Shown piece by piece: positions 12,701 through 24,103 of a stretch of 51,035 nucleotides of DNA; position 1 is the stretch's first letter; every line of letters starts with the position of its first letter. This stretch comes from Sphaeroforma arctica JP610 (taxonomy: Eukaryota), in contig NW_014040231.1 in NCBI RefSeq assembly GCF_001186125.1, forward strand, positions 37,040-88,074. The letters run 5' to 3'. The notes beneath the pieces were generated by a model. That model saw only the letters and a program-made list of their open reading frames with translations. It did not search any database and was not told the origin of the DNA. The position numbers and the translations under genes are program-made.

Positions 12701-15700
12701 TCAATAATAATTCTATTGAATTGCTCTGAATTAGTGTAGTGCTTAATGACCTGCGTTTCTGAGTCACGTATCTCATGGAGTACACTTTTTGACTTCTCTG
12801 TTGCGCCAGTGAAATTCAATAGATATCTCACAAGTGCTTAATACTGTCAAAGTGGCATAGCACTGCATTGCGGAATAAACTTTATAATGTCTTCTCAATT
12901 TTCCATTCTGAAGCAACTTTCTCTGTATTTGGTAACTTCTGAAATTCTGAAGTCTATAGTAGTTTAGATAGTGTAGGTTCATTGACTATCACCTAAGCGT
13001 AAACGCATGATCTCTAGCTCGCTAATGTACTGACTGATTTAGATATTGATAGCTGGGTCGTATCTCTTCCTGAGTTCTGAGTCCACTAGAGGCATGCGAC
13101 GTTCTGGTTACTGATCGTAAAGGCCTACTCTCATCGTGTGTAGACTCGCGATAGCTACAGGTGCTGTTTGTTCCATTTTGGCTACAAACCTGCTCGCCAG
13201 GACGTAGTTGCCTTGGCAAATGCCTTTGTCTGTTAATAAACCCATTGCTTATGCCTGTATGGGTACCCCACTAGGTGTTTGTTGGCTTGAGCTACCACCT
13301 GGGGTTGGCCCCCCTGCTGGACTGTCAGTCGGACCATTCGCGTCTTACGTCCCTCGCCACCTTACACCCTTGCTCTGGTTACTTTTGGCATCTTGAGTTG
13401 CCTGTGTTGATGTGTGTGTATCGCAGGTTCTCAGTAAAGTCCTGTGCTCTATCCGTACCGAATAAGCGATTCACACCCCTTTGTCTTTGTTGGTAGCTTC
13501 TGTAAAATAAAATAAAAATTTGATTTATCTGACGTACCTTTGCTGTTATCTCACTTTGCTGCACTTTCATGTGAAGTGTTTACCATTCTGTATTGTGTGT
13601 TGGCTTATTGTATTCCTTCCTGTGATTGTGAAAGTTTTTTGATGTTTGTTGGATAAGCTTATTTAGTCACGTGTGGACTTACTTGCGCTTATTCTGTCAT
13701 ATGTGATAATATTTTTTACACGTGATCGTCACCTGTGAAGTTCCGTCTTATCGAGTTCACTTGTGATGTTCGCTCTTATTGACGTCACGTGTATAGTATA
13801 CTACACTTATAGCCTGATTCGATTTAATGTGTCTTTATCCCGAACTGACTAATTGTCCTGTGTTATTGTGCCAGACATGTGTACTTGTTTGTCTTCCTTC
13901 ATGTGTTTACGCTCGTACCCTTGTATACTTGTTCATAGTGTCCTGTGTGCAAGTCTTTTTGCTGTATATGGTGGGATATCAACGTTTATATTTCTATAGA
14001 ATGTTCGTGTGTGAATGTATATTTTTGTGTGTAGCCCTTGCTTTTCACTCTTGTGTGGTGGTGCTGTTGAACTTAAACTTGATCACTGTACTTCCTTTCA
14101 ATGCCATTTGTTGCGGCCTGTGCCAGTAAGTGTTTCTCGTGATCTAGATGCCACCATATACGTTTCTTGATTGTTTTGGTACTCAGCGAACACAATCAAG
14201 TCGTTGTTGCCTGGTTTATATTTTATTACGGATTGGATTATTCCCCAAACGGTTGTCCCCCAAACCATCTTTATGCTTAAGTGTTGTCATAATTGATTTA
14301 AATGTCACAAACTACCTTTCTTGATTGGTTTTTTAGTATTCAGCATACTCAATCAGGTTGTTGTCGCTTTGTTTGTATATTGTTTTTAGAGTTTTAGTTT
14401 TATTATTCTAATTCAGTGTTGCAAATCTTGTGTTGGGTTCGATCTAATTCCCGGATACATTTGTCCACAATTTTCTGAAGTGCTTTGCGCCCTTTATCGT
14501 TTTCTGTGAGAACCCCTTGTTTTCCCCCACTGTCCGTGAAGATTATCTGTATAAATTTTTTTAATGATATTATGTGTCCACTGTAAAACTGTGTGTGCGG
14601 TGTGTTCTGAGGTGATTTCCTCTGACTACCGCTTTTTAGGTTGAGTTATCTATGTTGACTATGTTGTCTAGGCTTTGTGAATGTCCTGTGTTGTTTTTCA
14701 ACACTCTTTCACTGATGGCTACCTTTCATGGCACTCTTGCTCAGCCCTTCCGCTTGTAGTCTACGTCCTTACACTGCTTTCTATACGATTGTGGCGTGAA
14801 ATGTCTTCAGAGGTGATTTCCTCTGAAGACTCGTATTTGATCAAGTGTTCTGATTGCCTAGAGCTTAATAGTGTTAATATTTTTCCCGTGCACTCCCTTA
14901 CTCTATTCTAATTTTCATTCGTCTCAACCTTTTGCTAGTTGTTCCAATAATTGGATGTTAATTGTTCTTGCAGGTGATTTAACCTTCACATTTGTTCTTC
15001 ACCCAGTTATCTTGTGCCTGTGAGATTGATGAACGCTCTTACCTTCTATTGATTTTCTTTTGAATGATAACCTTCTAACCTCCTTATAGTGCCTTGATAG
15101 ATTAATGGTTGCTTTGTACAATTGATTATCTTAATGTCGTGCTAGGATGAATTTGAAGATATTCGTTTTGCTAGCCTCTTCTGTGTCCTACTTGCGAGTT
15201 CCTAAACCTCACCTATTTTGGCTAGGTTATTGTGCTGATATTCTATCGATAAATTAATGCTAAGGCTAGTGTCAGTTGATCTGAGGTTTCTCTCACTATT
15301 TTATGGGATGCGTATGTCCGAAAATCACTGTGACACTTATTCACCAATTTTCACACTTCACATGGGCCCCAACATAGATAATCATATCGCCTTGACAGTT
15401 TTTGTTGTTGTTGTTACGCCTTTACAGGTTGTAAGACACTTCTTGAAACTTCTCAAAAAATTGCCTTATTCTTATCCAATGGCAGTCGAGAACGTAGGCC
15501 AGTTACTTATCTGCTGCTTGTTTCCTTCTTCATTCTCTTATCTTCTGTCAGTTGATTGTTGTCCCTCAGCTTCTTGTTAGCCCCCTGGTTACTGTCTAGT
15601 CCCAACTCCTTCACTGTTTCTTCTTCCTTTTTTCGGATTAAAGCTAAATAAAGTAGACTATTCTAGGTGACCTCTTCATTTCATTCACTTATCGTTCTTA

Positions 15701-16084
15701 CTATAGTGAGCTCTGTTCCTATTTGAATTATCTAAGTAAGCATTTTGTATAATAATAAAATAGAGTATAAAGAATACCTGAAAGATACGACCAAATGATA
15801 CAATAGGCCTCTTTTCAAGTACGGTTATCTCAGCTAGGAAAAGTTCTAGGCTGAGAAAACCAAACCGAGTCTTTATTTGTGTTTTCTAATTCAATAGACT
15901 CAGGGTTTTACGTGTTTCTCTCTCACGCGGAGTCCCGGTGTAGCTCACCGGTTCTACCACAAATCGGTCTGCTGACTCCAACATCAGAAATATTTAAATC
16001 CTAATTCCAAAACTCAAAATTTAATGATTCTAAGGTTTTGGGATTTGGATTGACTTTTTGATAATCTGGTCCCTAGATGCTGCA
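9739..16084 (-). mobile_element. Truncated Ty3/gypsy element C (family B): LTR, long 5' leader, gag, PR, RT, RNase H
   Basis: LTR begins TGCAGCATCTAGGG at 16084 and matches 18935-19222. gag ATG at 13391, knuckle CSYCKVSATPHRFSLC, protease LVDSGT, RT KVRMCLDVR and YVDD (~10915), RNase H remnant to 9739. Linking the LTR to the coding part across 13400-15740 is inferred. Confidence 0.8.
15746..16084 (-). repeat. Family-B LTR (left boundary uncertain)
   Basis: Homologous to 18935-19222 and starts with TG on the minus strand. Confidence 0.7.
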
Positions 16085-16335
16085 CAATGACTTTGTCGAG
16101 GACATCATGTATGAGTTCCCACGGTGGGTTTGCCCATACATATACTCCCTGCACTCACTTTAGTAGGAGCGCATTCTATTCTTTCGTGTAGTATTTATGT
16201 GTGTGTGCATTGTATGCCGATGCAAATATATCTACTGTGAACTTACCAACCTATATATAGAATATGGGGTATAACATCCAGTCTGTAGCTGATATGGTGA
16301 TGAGTATTTTTGTTTCCAAGGTGGTGTACTCGTAG
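16085..16335 (-). pseudogene. Isolated fragment of the family-B pol N6-adenine methyltransferase domain
   Basis: Translates GKFTVDIFASAYNAHTHKYYTKE*NALLLK*VQGVYVWANPPWELIHDVLDKVI, with NPPW at 16119-16130. Homologous to 21150-21410. Confidence 0.85.
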
Positions 16336-16339
16336 TTGA

Positions 16340-18934
16340 AATCTATAAGTTATTTATTTATTGGACTCATATCGAATCACACTCTGACTTTCTTGAACGA
16401 ACCATCAGAGTTATGTTGTTCAACAGATTGTAGCGCCAAGTTAACTGTTATTTGTTGATAGTTGATTACTACCACTTCATCTACTAACCACTTCTCAACT
16501 TGTTCTTTTACTACAGCTTCGTGACTCCAGGATACTTAGCTTCTCGTAGGACACTTCAGCTTGATAAAATCAACCCTGGTTAAGTCAAAACTGATGTACC
16601 TATCATTAAAACGGAACTTAGCCCGGTCAGCAATATAAATTTTATTATATACTAGAATAAGATCCATAATTTTACTTGCAAAGTCGGATATTAATGCCTT
16701 GACTGTGTCAGACGTTGGTACTTATCGTCTGATTGATTTTTAAAGCCCAGTCAGTAATCATAATTTTAATATTCACTAAAATAAGATCCATAATTCTACT
16801 TGCAAAGTTGGGTATAAATGCCTTGACTTGTCGTCAGATTGATCTTTTAATGAGTCAACGTTCATGTTTGGTAAACCAGTTACGGTTATACCTAGTGTGA
16901 GCAAATCGCTCATTCCGATGATAATGTCGTACTCTCAGCTTGAGTGGTGATATTTCTATCATCGGCCAGAGAGATTTTAACATCTGTAGCCATGCACGCT
17001 TTGAAGTCTTCTCATCTGCTAAAATAAGATGAGTGGTTTGCGTTCTACGTTCGATATCTTGCATTAAGGCAATGCGATCGGATATACATGAAATATCTGA
17101 ACCAGTATCAATCAGTGCACGTACTTTATTTCCATTGCAATATACATGGATTTTTACACGCTCATCTAAAGAGTCGTTGCATTTTCCTTGTAACGAATGT
17201 ACCCGGTAGTAGCTTCACTCCAACTCAATGTCGGGCTTCTTGTCGCAAGACTTCGCGTGATATACGTTTGTCTTTTCGAACTTATCGCATTTAGCGAGGT
17301 AGTGCTTACGAGTGAGTGCGTGTCTGTCATTCCAATAACCGTTAGGGGTCAGTTGGTATATGTCATACCCACACTTCTCGTCCGCACACTTCTTCACTTG
17401 CTTGTGCGGAGGTTCTTTCTCGGCACGCGCCTTCTTATCAGGTCGCGTGTTATGAACGGTCTCTCGTGGGCGTGTCGTAGCTCGCTCTTTGGAGGTCTGA
17501 CTGGATACTTATCCTTGGTCGGACTGATCGCGTAGTTTCTTAGTAGCCACCTTCTCCTTCGAGGTTACTGGATCGGCCGGGTACAGGTCCAATACAGTTT
17601 GATAAAACTAATTCCACGTGAAGCGAGTCAACGGAAACTTTGACTCGTGTCCATGATCCCGTTGTTAGCGTACTTGCGGCGAAGCTCGCTATACAACCAT
17701 TCACGATCGTTGCTGACAATGTTCATACATAATTTATGCATGGCCAACAACTCGTACCATCGCGGCATGTCGTCCTTATTAATGTCAGAGCGTTTCAGGT
17801 TGACGCCGAGCTTTAAAATGTAGCTCAATATGGTAAAGCTTGGCGCTGGGGCTGCCAAGATCGAACTCAGACCTTGGCTGCGCATGCCCTTACTTAATAT
17901 GGACATCACTAGCCAACAAACCTCTGGCCAATTACGGCAGTGATCCAGTTCGGCTAAGTGCTTCCGAAGGATCATAATAACTGGTCGTTCAGGATTGAAA
18001 GACTGTATAAGAGCAGATATCTACTGGTGTGGAGCGATGTCATTCGTCTCCAGCATTACTATAAAGGCATACAAGGTACGAGTCAAAGAATCGAGATCGT
18101 GATTATGGACGAACTCGGGGTTTTAATTTCTGGAGTCCCAGTTCGACTTAAGTCGACTGATCATTCCCTTGTACTTCTCTCAATATGGTAGAGATTGGCG
18201 CTGGGCTGCCAAGATCGAACTTAGACCTTGGCTGCGCATGTCCTTACTTAATATGGATATCACTAGCCAACAAACCTCTGGCCAATTACGGCAGTGATCC
18301 AGTTCGGCTGAGTGCTTCCGAAGGATCAGATAACTGGTCCTTCAAGATTGAAAGACTACATAAGAGCAGATATCTGTGTGGAGCGATGTCATTCGTCTGC
18401 AGCATTGCTGTAAATGTATACAAGGTACGAGTCAAAGAATTGAGATCGTGATTATGGACGAACTCGGGTTTTTGATTACTGGAGTCCCAGTTCGACTTCA
18501 ATCGACTGATCATCCCTTGGTACTTCTGGTCGTCACTGTGGTCAGTCTTGACCGCGTTGTGCCTGTAGCAGTTGATCGATACGCTTGTGTTCAATGGTGA
18601 TCATCTTGGTGTAGAAAATTACGTCATCTTTCATCTAGAGATCATGAGTGATCTCCAACAGAGTTGTGTAATCGTCGACTTCAACTCAGAAGATTGAAAT
18701 CTTCTGCAGGTTGGAACAGCACAGTTCGATTGACGCGATCTCCTTCAGTTAGCACCGAATCCATCGTCGATGGCTCGCGACGTTCATCACTATTGATTAT
18801 GATCGGTATAATAAGCGTGGGATTGCCTCGGGTGATAATTATTCGTCCCGTAGGCTTCGGCTATTGAAGTAGGGCATCCCCCCAGTCTGGAAGCTCCTCG
18901 GGAGTCTTCTTCCCTGCTTCGGTGTCTATATTAT
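16340..18934 (-). mobile_element. Internal fragment of gypsy element D (related to A): gag, protease, start of RT
   Basis: Reverse-complement homology to 24910-27150, including KYQGMISRLKSNWD, KCDKFEKTNVYHAKSC and SDGSFKKVRV. Contains a ~340-bp tandem duplication. Confidence 0.85.
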
Positions 18935-19222
18935 AGAGTAGACCTCTTCACAGGTACGATTATCTCAGCTTGGAAAAGTCCTTAGTCTGAGAGAACCGAA
19001 ATGAGTTTTTATTTGTGTTTTCTAATCCCCCGGACTTAGGACTTTACTTGAGTGTTTCTCTCACACGCGGGGTCCCGGTTTAGCTTACCGGTTCTACCGC
19101 TAATATTTATGATGACTTTAATATCAGAAATATTTCAATCTTAATTCCAAAACTCAACATTTGATGAATCTGGGATCTGGGATTTGGATTGGCTTTTGAT
19201 ATTCTGGTCCCTAGATGCTACA
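18935..19222 (-). repeat. 3' LTR of element B (truncated), preceded by a polypurine tract
   Basis: Minus strand reads AAAATTGGGGGGC then TGTAGCATCTAGGG, and matches 15800-16084. Confidence 0.85.
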
Positions 19223-20969
19223 GCCCCCCAATTTTATGCTTCTTAGCCTGCGTAGGAGAAGAAAGTGACATCTTACAGTACTAGATTATCTAGAGGTTGG
19301 TGTTTGTATAAAGGGAAAAACTTGTCCCATAGGGGGCATAACATGAAAAACCTGCCACCATTATCTATTCTTACATACTACCTATCAATATTTCTATATT
19401 TATACTACGACGAGAGTTCTCTACCACGCTCATCGGAGTCAGTCTTGACCGGTACGCATCTCAACGGTGGCTCTACAGCCAGAGTATTTGGTCCTTGTCC
19501 TTCTGGTGTGTGGGGGGAGCATGCTTCAAGGCGAGAAAAATTGGAGTGTCCCGTGGTATCAGTGAGACTTGCATAGGTCCCCCGCTTCGTGCGCTTTCTA
19601 TTGCTCGCTGGACTTTCATCAGTGCTCATTTTAGGCTTCTTTGGCCTTGACTGCTTTCGTTTGCGTCGATGGCGTTGACGTTATGTTGTAACTCCCCATC
19701 TGTTCATTGCAGTAGGTTTCCTGGGTTCCACCTCCTCGGGTGGACGGCCTGTCGTCGAGTATCGAGGATAGTTGAGTTTCCTCGTTTGGTTGTACGTGAT
19801 TATTGGAAGTGAATGCTTCCGTAGTACTGGCTCTTTTCACAAGTCCAAGTAGCTCATCACTGACCGAGTCAGAATTTTCGGGGGGCTTTAGTCCCACCAA
19901 GGTTACAGTCAAATACCCATTGCTCTCCCTGCAAACTATTTTGTATGGTCCGCCACTAGTTGCAGTCAACTTGTTCATTTCATCTAGATAGCGGACCATC
20001 AACAATTTTCCCTTCCTGGAAGTGTACATACTTCTTTTGGTACTGCCGGTCGAATGATGCGCACATCTTCTCTTGATATTGCGCAGCAATACTATCTAGT
20101 TGTGGCCTGACGGCTTCTTCTAGATTATGCAGTGGCTTTTCCCAAGATACTGTTGTACTGGGTGCGGTCACTGGCTCGTTGTAGTCCGTGAGTTGATTCG
20201 GTCTGCGACCAAAGTACACATTAAATCGTAGTGACTTGTGCCTTCTTGATGCACGCAGATTATGGCCCATCTATACGAAGGGAAGTCGTGAACACCAGTT
20301 ACCTGGATTTTGCTCAACGAATTTCCGTAACAGTGGCATGAGGTCTCTGTGTGATCGCTCATTCGCGCCTAGGACTTTAGGTTGGTACGGCCAAGAGACT
20401 AGGTGTTGTGTTGGCGCTTGTTCAACATCTTTTGAAGTATGTTGTTAACATATTCAGTGCCTTGGTCAGTCTGTATGATTTGTAGGAATCCATGTTCACA
20501 CATGATTGGTACCAGCGTGTGTGCTATAGTAGCCGTTGATTTGTCCATCATTGGACGTAATATGACATATGATGAGTGTACATCTAGCCATACTAACACA
20601 TGTGAGTCCTCTGCTGGAATTCAATAGTGGTCATATGGTGTTCACTTGGACTCTGTCGCCTGGAAATGCGGATGTGATTGATTGTAAGGGATGGAATCCC
20701 TTTTTGTGTATCGTATCTTTGAGACATGGTATGTATCCTTCAATGAACTTGTGTACATGGTGTTGGATTTCAGGCCAATCATGTCCATCTGTTTGCAACT
20801 TGTTTACCGTTTCCTCAGGAGTGTAATGTCCCAAGTTGTTGTATTGCTCGATGATGTTGACACGTGTCTCGTATTCTGTTGTCTGCGGTGCATCTCCAGA
20901 GTGAACTGGTTGTGATGCTGCAACGTGTATGGCAGGTTGTTCCCGCGTTGAGTCTTCTCCTATCTTTGC

Positions 20970-21365
20970 TTCTAAGTTGACACCCCATGGGGCCTTGCCA
21001 CAAGCTTTCTTGCCTTCGCCGAGGAAAGTATTGTTTGTGATTTCCACTAGCATCGGGTCTTCTTCTAGTAAAGACGAATTTCATTTTTGGGAAGCCACGT
21101 TGCGTTGGGGTAGTATGGTACACATATCGTGATGCTGGTTGCGTCTTCAATGACTCTGTCCCGGACATCAGGTGTGAGTTCCCATGGTGGATTTGCCCAT
21201 GCATTAACTTCCTGCGTCCACTTTTGTTGTAGCGCATTCTGTTCTTTTTTGTAGTATTTATCTGTGTGTGCATTGTGTGTCGATGCAAACAGATCTACTG
21301 CGAATTTCCCAAACTGTCGTTCATCTTCTTGGTAGAATCTGGGGTGTAGCATCCAGTCTATAGCT
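20970..21365 (-). pseudogene. Dam-like N6-adenine DNA methyltransferase domain in pol of element B
   Basis: IDWMLHP...FGKFAVDLFASTHNA...NAL...W...NAWANPPW...ITICVPYYPNATW, with NPPW at 21182-21193. Same ORF as the RNase H tail (HVPGKNNQMANMLSR). Frameshifted near 21070. Confidence 0.85.
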
Positions 21366-23144
21366 GATATGGTTATGGGCATTTTAGTTTCCAAGGTTAT
21401 GTACTCTTGGCTGTTATGTGTTGTTTCGTTCGTTTCCTTTAATATCGTCGAGGTTTTAGTATCAAAATTATCTTCGTGTAGACGCGACAACATATTTGCC
21501 ATCTGGTTGTTCTTGCCTGGAACGTGTATGATGGAGAAGTGATGGAGGAATGTTTTTGCTATCCATTTGGCTAGCATTGGGTGTAACATCTGTTGACTGC
21601 TCATTTGCGTGAGCGCTTTGTGATCTGTTCACAGTGATATGTCCCCTCCTTTGATGTATTCGGAGAAATGTTGCAGGCTGTATACTAGGGCTAGTAGCTC
21701 CTTGGTATTTGTGCCATAGCGTTATTGTGCTGGATTCAAGCCTTTGGAGAAGTAGAGAATGTCTCTTCTAACCCCATCGATGACTTGATTTAAATATTCT
21801 CCCATGCCAAGGTCACTAGCGTTCATTATTTGAAACGGTACCCCATCAACAGGGTATGCTAGTGTCGCTGAACATGCGATAGCTTCTTCGAGTTCTTACC
21901 ACTTTTTTTTTTTGAGTTCCGGAGTCCACAACACAGATATGTGCTGGTCCATTTTTCCTTTCATTAGGTTTCGGAAGTGTTTTTGTTGTATGGGCAAAGT
22001 TGGGGACATGGTCGCGCACATTTGCCAGTCACATCGCTTTGTGCAGATCTCTTTTTGTTCTGGGTACTGGCCAGTCCATCATCCTTTTCTGTTTTTCAGG
22101 ATCTGCTTTGAGTCCCTGAGTGGTGACTTTCAAACCTAGAATGTTGACCATTTTCACCGCGAAGGCACACTTGTGATTGTGTCGAAAGTTTGCTCCATTC
22201 AGCCGTTTGATTACATCACGAACTGTCTTGCGGTGTTCTTCTTTAGTTACACTCGCAATGACTATGTCATCTACATACACCTACACTCTTTTGATGTCTA
22301 TGAGCAAATTTGCCATGACTCTCTGGCACTGTGTTGTGAGTAAGTGTAGTCCTAACGGTGCTGACTTGAATGAGTACTGCGCTCTTCTCGACGAGAACGT
22401 GAAGAAGTGTTGGCTTGCTTCGTCTACTAGAAAGGGGTGAGATCCTCCTGTGAGATCCAGCTTTGAAAAGAATTGTGCTCCTTGTAAATTGTGTAGTATT
22501 TACTTTATTTCAGGTAACACAAAATTATCTTGTTCTTATCGGCAATTGATTTCGCGTAAGTCTAGACATGTTTTTACTTTCTTGAGGAAACCTGTTTGGT
22601 CATGTTCACCTGTTGATAACAACGATCGATTTACTGCGGTAGGTGTAGTTCGTTTGTAAATGTGTCCACCTGCAAGCCACTTCCATACATTTTCATTCGT
22701 TTGCGGAATGTCTTTGTGAGGTACAATGTTGACTTTAGTATGCCTCATTTGTCTGCTAATAATTTTATCTGCAGGTACTGTGACTGTGGAGCCTGATAGG
22801 TTGCAATGTACGTCAGTGGGTATATACGCATTGGTATCTAAGAGGTATGTAAGCGACTCTCTGAATCCTTCTTGTTCGTGCTTAGGGTCTTCTTCATGTG
22901 GCGTGAAGAGTGATTCTCATTTCTCATCTGTTGGTATAAGTAGATTGATTAATCCTGCCATGTATATACCTAGGTATGGTAGAATGTCCATGCCGAGAAG
23001 TATTGGTGCCTTCTTGTCTGGTAGATCCAATACATCAAAGCACTGAGAGGCTTTCATACCTCCGTAATTAATGTCACAAACTTGGGTTGACCCCGTGCGT
23101 TGTATTCTTGCGTCTGTTGGTGCTAATTGTATATAGCCCGCAGT

Positions 23145-23967
23145 TGTAATAAGCCGGGCCTCCACATTAGACTCTATGTTATAAACGTACTCTTAAGCAG
23201 TACGCAAATTCCTAAACGTACTCTTAATAGTACGAGGAACTCAAGTTTCCTAAACATACTCTTAATAGTACGAGGAACTCAAGTTTCCTAAATGTGCTCT
23301 TAATAGCACGAGGAACTTAAGTTTCCTAAAATAGTTTTTAATGGTTTTATTAATTAATACCTTTTCCATTTATCATATCAGATATTTGGATGAGGCCATT
23401 AAAAGGCCTCAGTAAAATACCAAATATAAAGAGTTGGTCTAGTTCTATTAATAGAACTCTATTTTACTTTCCAATTTTATTTATATCTGAATATTTTGGT
23501 AGCAAGATGGCTCAACCAAATATATGTTTCTAGGGACTATTAACGTTACCTAGTTGATCCTCCGATAAGCCAACCAGATGTGCCAGTCTGATGAAGGCTA
23601 AGTCGGTAATTCTTGATAGTGGCAAGTTATTGGTTTAGACAATAACTAAGGACGTCAAGAGTATTTTCAATTTTTTTCTTCTTCTAACGATAAGATTTTA
23701 TGAGTCTCTCGGATTCGCCCCAGAATAGAGCGACAACGAAACACTAAATAAAGTCCCTTCGGCGGAAACAGTACTGAGAGGATTATATATAGGCAATGTC
23801 TCAGCCTCACAATCCCTCAGAGTATTGCTGTTTTCACGATGCAAACCTAACCTTATTAAACGTCTCATTTCGTTTATTTATATCGATATTTACACGATAC
23901 TAGAATTTACCTACGCATTTATTTATTCTAAGGCATTAGTATCGCCTTTATTAGACCGAATATTACA
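23145..23967 (+). repeat. 5' LTR of element A
   Basis: Bounded by TGTAATA...TATTACA inverted termini, TATA-like TATATATA at ~23784, direct repeat at 30586. Confidence 0.92.
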
Positions 23968-24103
23968 CATTTTAAAGTTAGCAAAAGTATTAAGTACTTA
24001 GACTACTTAAGCGTAAAGGTAGATTAACTACCACAACTTCTATTTTTTTTCTCTTGTCCAAGCTGGTCGTTAAGAGACAAGCTAGTAGTCATAAGTTAAA
24101 ATT

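Noticed and set aside
23140..23144. Target-site duplication for element A
   Set aside because: The right LTR end is deleted, so no matching copy can be verified.
23182..23330. CRISPR-like array of palindromic ~38-bp repeats
   Set aside because: Units are contiguous with no unique spacers, there are no cas genes, and they lie inside a eukaryotic LTR.
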